27,695 nt of DNA from a virus (lineage: Duplodnaviria; Caudoviricetes): IMG/VR virus record IMGVR_UViG_3300025646_000258, positions 1 to 27,695 of that record. One strand, 5' to 3'. Within the stretch, counting starts at the first letter, position 1; each line of letters begins with the position of its first letter. Of this stretch, positions 24,325-27,695 are shown piece by piece. The position numbers and the translations under genes were made by a program. A model generated the notes under the pieces. The model was not told the origin of the DNA. It did no database searches and was given only the letters and a program-made list of their open reading frames with translations.

Positions 24325-24635
24325 ACTTGGCAGTGACAATTGACCCCCGACCGACGTACTTTGGCGACCGCATGGTTGTGACCGGCTCGTATGATGCGAC
24401 TGAAACGACGATTGAACTGGGCGACCTTCTCGCAAGCGTTGACGCGTTCACGTTGAACCCATCTGCAGTCACCCTTCAAAACGTGGACTCGACGCCGGCT
24501 GACGACGGTGGTACTCTCGCCATCCTCGCCCTCATGGACTCCGCAACCGTGAGTGGGACCACTGTGACCATCCATCCGGCTGCAGGTGGCTCAACCAAGG
24601 CTGGGACCTTCCTCGCCATCGGTCGCCGCAACTGA
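24321..24635 (+). CDS. Small virion structural protein candidate
   Basis: ATGA overlap with the upstream gene (TTG at 24327 is an alternative start); T/A/G/V-rich; ends FLAIGRRN. Confidence 0.72.
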   Translation: MNLAVTIDPRPTYFGDRMVVTGSYDATETTIELGDLLASVDAFTLNPSAVTLQNVDSTPADDGGTLAILALMDSATVSGTTVTIHPAAGGSTKAGTFLAIGRRN

Positions 24636-24646
24636 GGTGATGACCT

Positions 24647-24823
24647 CTGGCTGAAGGTGCGAAGGTGATTGGGCCGTATGCGCCCAAGGACTTCAGTGAC
24701 CTGACGGCGCTCAACGGAACCATCGCTACGGACGTGGCTGCGGCCATTGGAGCGAACTCTATTGTCGGAGCCGAGCCCATCAACGTCCTCGGAAACATTT
24801 TCATTGTCGTCTCCTTCACATGA
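24647..24823 (+). CDS. 58-aa protein absent from the ORF track, probable CTG start
   Basis: (M)AEGAKVIGPYAPKDFSDLTALNGTIATDVAAAIGANSIVGAEPINVLGNIFIVVSFT*. It exactly fills the gap, has GAGGTGA 6 nt upstream, and its stop overlaps the next gene's SD. Confidence 0.65.
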   Translation: MAEGAKVIGPYAPKDFSDLTALNGTIATDVAAAIGANSIVGAEPINVLGNIFIVVSFT

Positions 24824-24833
24824 GGTGAGGGGT

Positions 24834-25118
24834 ATGGACGACTTTGGCAGCCTTGGGCTTGACGACATCCAACGGATGCAGAAGCGAGGCATTCGCTTCA
24901 ACGAAGGCTACGGCGCTTCGGTTCGCACCAACGAGGACAAGCCTCTGGAAGGCGTCACGTTGAAACAGCGCAACCGCAACCGGCAGGCAGGCGACGTCCT
25001 CAACATTGGCTCCGGCACGCGCTGCAAGCACTGCGGCATGCTCTACTTCTGTTGGGTCGATAAGTGCCGAACGTGCCAGAATCCGATGGACTTCAATCTG
25101 GGAGTGAAGCAACACTGA
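24834..25118 (+). CDS. Small Zn-ribbon protein
   Basis: ATG at 24834 lies 5 nt after GAGGTGA (preferred over the track start at 24747); CKHCG...CRTC. Confidence 0.78.
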   Translation: MDDFGSLGLDDIQRMQKRGIRFNEGYGASVRTNEDKPLEGVTLKQRNRNRQAGDVLNIGSGTRCKHCGMLYFCWVDKCRTCQNPMDFNLGVKQH

Positions 25119-25127
25119 GGTGAGAAC

Positions 25128-26693
25128 ATGCCTGTTGTCTTCAGTCCCGGTGAGCCAGAGACCCGACCTCTGGACCCGTCCGCCGTCGTCTACACGACGG
25201 GGAACAAGGTGGCTGAACTTCTTGGCATCGCTGCTGGAACGCCTGTGGTTGGCGCAGCGGATGCAGCGTCGACGGGTTTCTACATCACAGGCACGGATTT
25301 TCGTGAGCACGGGTTTGAGAGCGGCGATACCATCCTCGTTTTCAGCGACCTCGACCCTCTGGGCACCGAGTTCACCATCACCGCGCCTGCGGTCGAGGAC
25401 GTTAGCGGCACGAAGTACGTGAAGTTGCCAACCACCATCGCTACGCCTGCGAACTACACGGAGGCTGCGAACACCGAGATTCAGAACCTCACCATCTTCA
25501 CCAACGGCAAAAGCCGTGGCGTGACCCGCAACATCGTGGAGACGCACATCAAGCGTATTCAAGACCGCATCGACAACATCACGCACAACGCGTGGAGGCC
25601 CTACCTCGTGGCTGCGGAGTTCATCAACTTCGACACGTACAAGCCCTACCGCCGCCGCTACTACACGGACTACGTGGGCACTGCACCGCTGCTGTTCAGG
25701 AATGTTCAACAGGTTCTTCGGATTGAACTCTGGCAGGGAGACGACTACCGTGAAATCGGAGCAGCCGAAGCCCGCATCAAGATTCAAGACGTTTCAACGC
25801 TGTATGGGGCGTCGATTTTCCTCAGCGTTGGTGACGGTAGTGTGGGTCGCCTTGATTCTGGCAGCGCTGCTACTGAATGGCGTGGACAGTTTGATGCGAA
25901 TAGTGCTGCCCAGAACCTCGCGGACCTGATAAACAAGGAAGACCGCGTGAGCAAGGCCGCTGTCGATTTCAGCCCTGCTTTCACCCTTGAAGGCTCCAGT
26001 GCAAACGTCGCCGTGCACAACGAGTTCCTTGCGAGCGCAAACGCCGAGTACGGCACTGGCGTCGTAAAAGTCACCAGCATGAGGGCTGTGAAGGCTGGGG
26101 AAGAGTGCAGCATCGTAGCCCTCGCTACTGGCCTGACCATCGAGCAGACTGCCGAGGCAACGGCTACGGTGTCTTCTGAAAGCGCAGGTACCATCACGGT
26201 CGATTCGACAGAGGGATTCGTCAAGGCGGGTGTTGCGACAGACGGGACCAACGTCTTCCGCTACACCGGCAAAACCGCCACGACGCTGACTGGATGCGTG
26301 GCTGTCGAAGGCTCACTGCCTTCCTCTGGCGACATCTCTCAGCACGTGTTCGTCACCGACCTGCAAGGTGGCAGTGCGAGCGGGGACAACGCTCGCCTGC
26401 GCGACTGGTGGCTCGACCACGAAATGGGCATCATCTACTTCAACAACTCCTACCCCTTTTTCGAGTGGAACGCCGTTAAGGTCGCCTACATCTATGGCGA
26501 GCGGTACCTCGAAAAAGCGATTGAAGAGGCCGCCACCAAACTTGTGGCGAGCGAGTTGCTGATGGCTGACGACCGAAGTGTGCTCATCCCTGAAGGGACG
26601 CAGAACATTGACCTCGGCTCCAAGGCACAACTGTGGCGACGTGAGGCCATGGATATTCTCGCTCGCTACAAGGAAGTGGTGGTCTTCTCATGA
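25128..26693 (+). CDS. Head-tail connector/neck protein with large beta-rich insertions
   Basis: Adaptor-like elements: YTTGNKVAELLG, HIKRIQDRIDNITHNAW, VKVAYIYG...AIEEAATKLVASELL...AMDILARYK; position after the head genes. Confidence 0.65.
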   Translation: MPVVFSPGEPETRPLDPSAVVYTTGNKVAELLGIAAGTPVVGAADAASTGFYITGTDFREHGFESGDTILVFSDLDPLGTEFTITAPAVEDVSGTKYVKLPTTIATPANYTEAANTEIQNLTIFTNGKSRGVTRNIVETHIKRIQDRIDNITHNAWRPYLVAAEFINFDTYKPYRRRYYTDYVGTAPLLFRNVQQVLRIELWQGDDYREIGAAEARIKIQDVSTLYGASIFLSVGDGSVGRLDSGSAATEWRGQFDANSAAQNLADLINKEDRVSKAAVDFSPAFTLEGSSANVAVHNEFLASANAEYGTGVVKVTSMRAVKAGEECSIVALATGLTIEQTAEATATVSSESAGTITVDSTEGFVKAGVATDGTNVFRYTGKTATTLTGCVAVEGSLPSSGDISQHVFVTDLQGGSASGDNARLRDWWLDHEMGIIYFNNSYPFFEWNAVKVAYIYGERYLEKAIEEAATKLVASELLMADDRSVLIPEGTQNIDLGSKAQLWRREAMDILARYKEVVVFS

Positions 26694-27163
26694 CGGCGGA
26701 CTGGAAAGAGCCGCTGGAGACGGTCATTGACCTGCTCAAGGCTGACTACGACGCCGGCACTGGGACGGGCTGGAACCGCGCGAACACCGATAACGTCAAA
26801 CCCGTGGTGCTCGACATCGCAGACGAGGGGCCTGAGCGCGGCAAGCGACTCGACCTCCAGCGGCACGACTACATCCTGTGCTACGAAACGGCGCTGAACG
26901 AAGAGGTCCCAGACCTCCTCTACAACTTCGTCACGACGCGCGTGAACATCACCGTGGACATGCGCACGACGCGCAGCAGGTCACGTCTGCGCAAGATGGA
27001 AAACGAGATGCGGCGCGTCATTCACACGTCGAGGAAGGGGGACGGCGTCAACTTTGACCGCATGATTCTCAAGACGCGAACCGACTTGTCTGACCGTACC
27101 AAACAGTTGTTCAGACACACGTTTCAGGTCGAAGTGGTTATTCTTGCGGAGTTGATTCCATGA
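26690..27163 (+). CDS. Probable tail-completion/terminator protein
   Basis: 157 aa; ATGA overlaps on both sides; size, position and alpha/beta pattern (VNITVDMRT...EMRRVI...FRHTFQVEV) fit this role. Confidence 0.55.
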   Translation: MTADWKEPLETVIDLLKADYDAGTGTGWNRANTDNVKPVVLDIADEGPERGKRLDLQRHDYILCYETALNEEVPDLLYNFVTTRVNITVDMRTTRSRSRLRKMENEMRRVIHTSRKGDGVNFDRMILKTRTDLSDRTKQLFRHTFQVEVVILAELIP

Positions 27164-27695
27164 GCGGCTTTGGGTCTCATTTCAAAGGTGACGTTTCAGA
27201 AGTCACCATGGGTCATGAGACTGGATTGTTCATCGAGCACGGTTTCCCGCGTACGTGGACGGCCACAGACAACGTCGACTACACGACCATCACGTTTGCA
27301 GGCACGACGACGGTCAGTACGACCAGCATCTTTGAGCAGCAGAAGCCTGTGCTCAAAGTGCCACTTGGTATGCTCATTGGTCAGCGACTGACCTTTCACA
27401 ACACAGGGGCGGGTGCAGGAGCGTTCTCCGAACACTACCCTACGTCGTTCAAGAGTCGCACCTACTCCATCATTGACCACACGTTTGAGTCTGATGCAAC
27501 GGTCATCAAAATCGTCCCTGCCTTGAATAACATCGGTGCTGGTTTGAGCAGCGATACCGGCGATGCGCTGTTCATTCACTCAACTGGGTTCCCGACAATT
27601 CAAGGTGACAGCAACTCGGTCATGAACACCGCAGCGGACGCATCCAAAGAGGTCAGCCTCATCGACCAGTTCATTGGTCTGGCCAGTTTCATGAC
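27160..27695 (+). CDS. Probable major tail (tube) protein, 3'-truncated; absent from the ORF track
   Basis: ATG at 27160 opens a frame with no stop to the window end: MSGFGSHFKGDVSEVTMGHETGLFIEHGFP...IDQFIGLASFM. Function inferred from position only. Confidence 0.6.
   Translation, partial: MSGFGSHFKGDVSEVTMGHETGLFIEHGFPRTWTATDNVDYTTITFAGTTTVSTTSIFEQQKPVLKVPLGMLIGQRLTFHNTGAGAGAFSEHYPTSFKSRTYSIIDHTFESDATVIKIVPALNNIGAGLSSDTGDALFIHSTGFPTIQGDSNSVMNTAADASKEVSLIDQFIGLASFM

Larger units (their letters stand above)
1..27695 (+). mobile_element. Archaeal tailed virus genome segment (magrovirus-like)
   Basis: TerL-portal-protease-MCP-neck-tail order; recurrent GAGGTGA SD (5188, 14303, 23925, 24634, 24822, 25117); TATA-like boxes; no cellular housekeeping genes. 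Confidence 0.8.

Noticed and set aside
24816-25787. 323-aa minus-strand ORF
   Set aside because: Overlaps + genes that have clear SD sites; no independent evidence.

Overview
The window is part of a tailed (Caudoviricetes-type) dsDNA virus genome, almost entirely coded on the + strand. Repeated GAGGTGA/GGAGG Shine-Dalgarno sites and TATA-like boxes indicate an archaeal host. The gene content and order best fit a marine euryarchaeal virus (magrovirus-like, infecting Marine Group II/Poseidoniales); this host assignment is an inference. The right two-thirds is a virion morphogenesis module: terminase large subunit, a LAGLIDADG-domain gene, portal, three small head genes, a 1945-aa protein ending in a degenerate ATP-dependent ligase domain, an HK97-type prohead protease with a nested scaffold, the major capsid protein, small virion genes, neck, tail-completion and a probable tail tube (truncated). 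The left end holds the most unusual element: a six-gene operon (737-4159) of three small membrane proteins, an Arf/Rab-like small GTPase with G1, G3, G4 and G5-like motifs, a Zn-binding protein and a Met/Gln-rich protein. This is a candidate viral membrane-remodelling or egress system. Other notable points are a ligase domain lacking its catalytic lysine, a mini-scaffold paralogue sharing the scaffold C-terminal motif, an identical 24-nt translation-initiation region on the MCP and the next gene, and an unlisted gene that apparently starts at CTG. No tRNA, rRNA or CRISPR array was seen.
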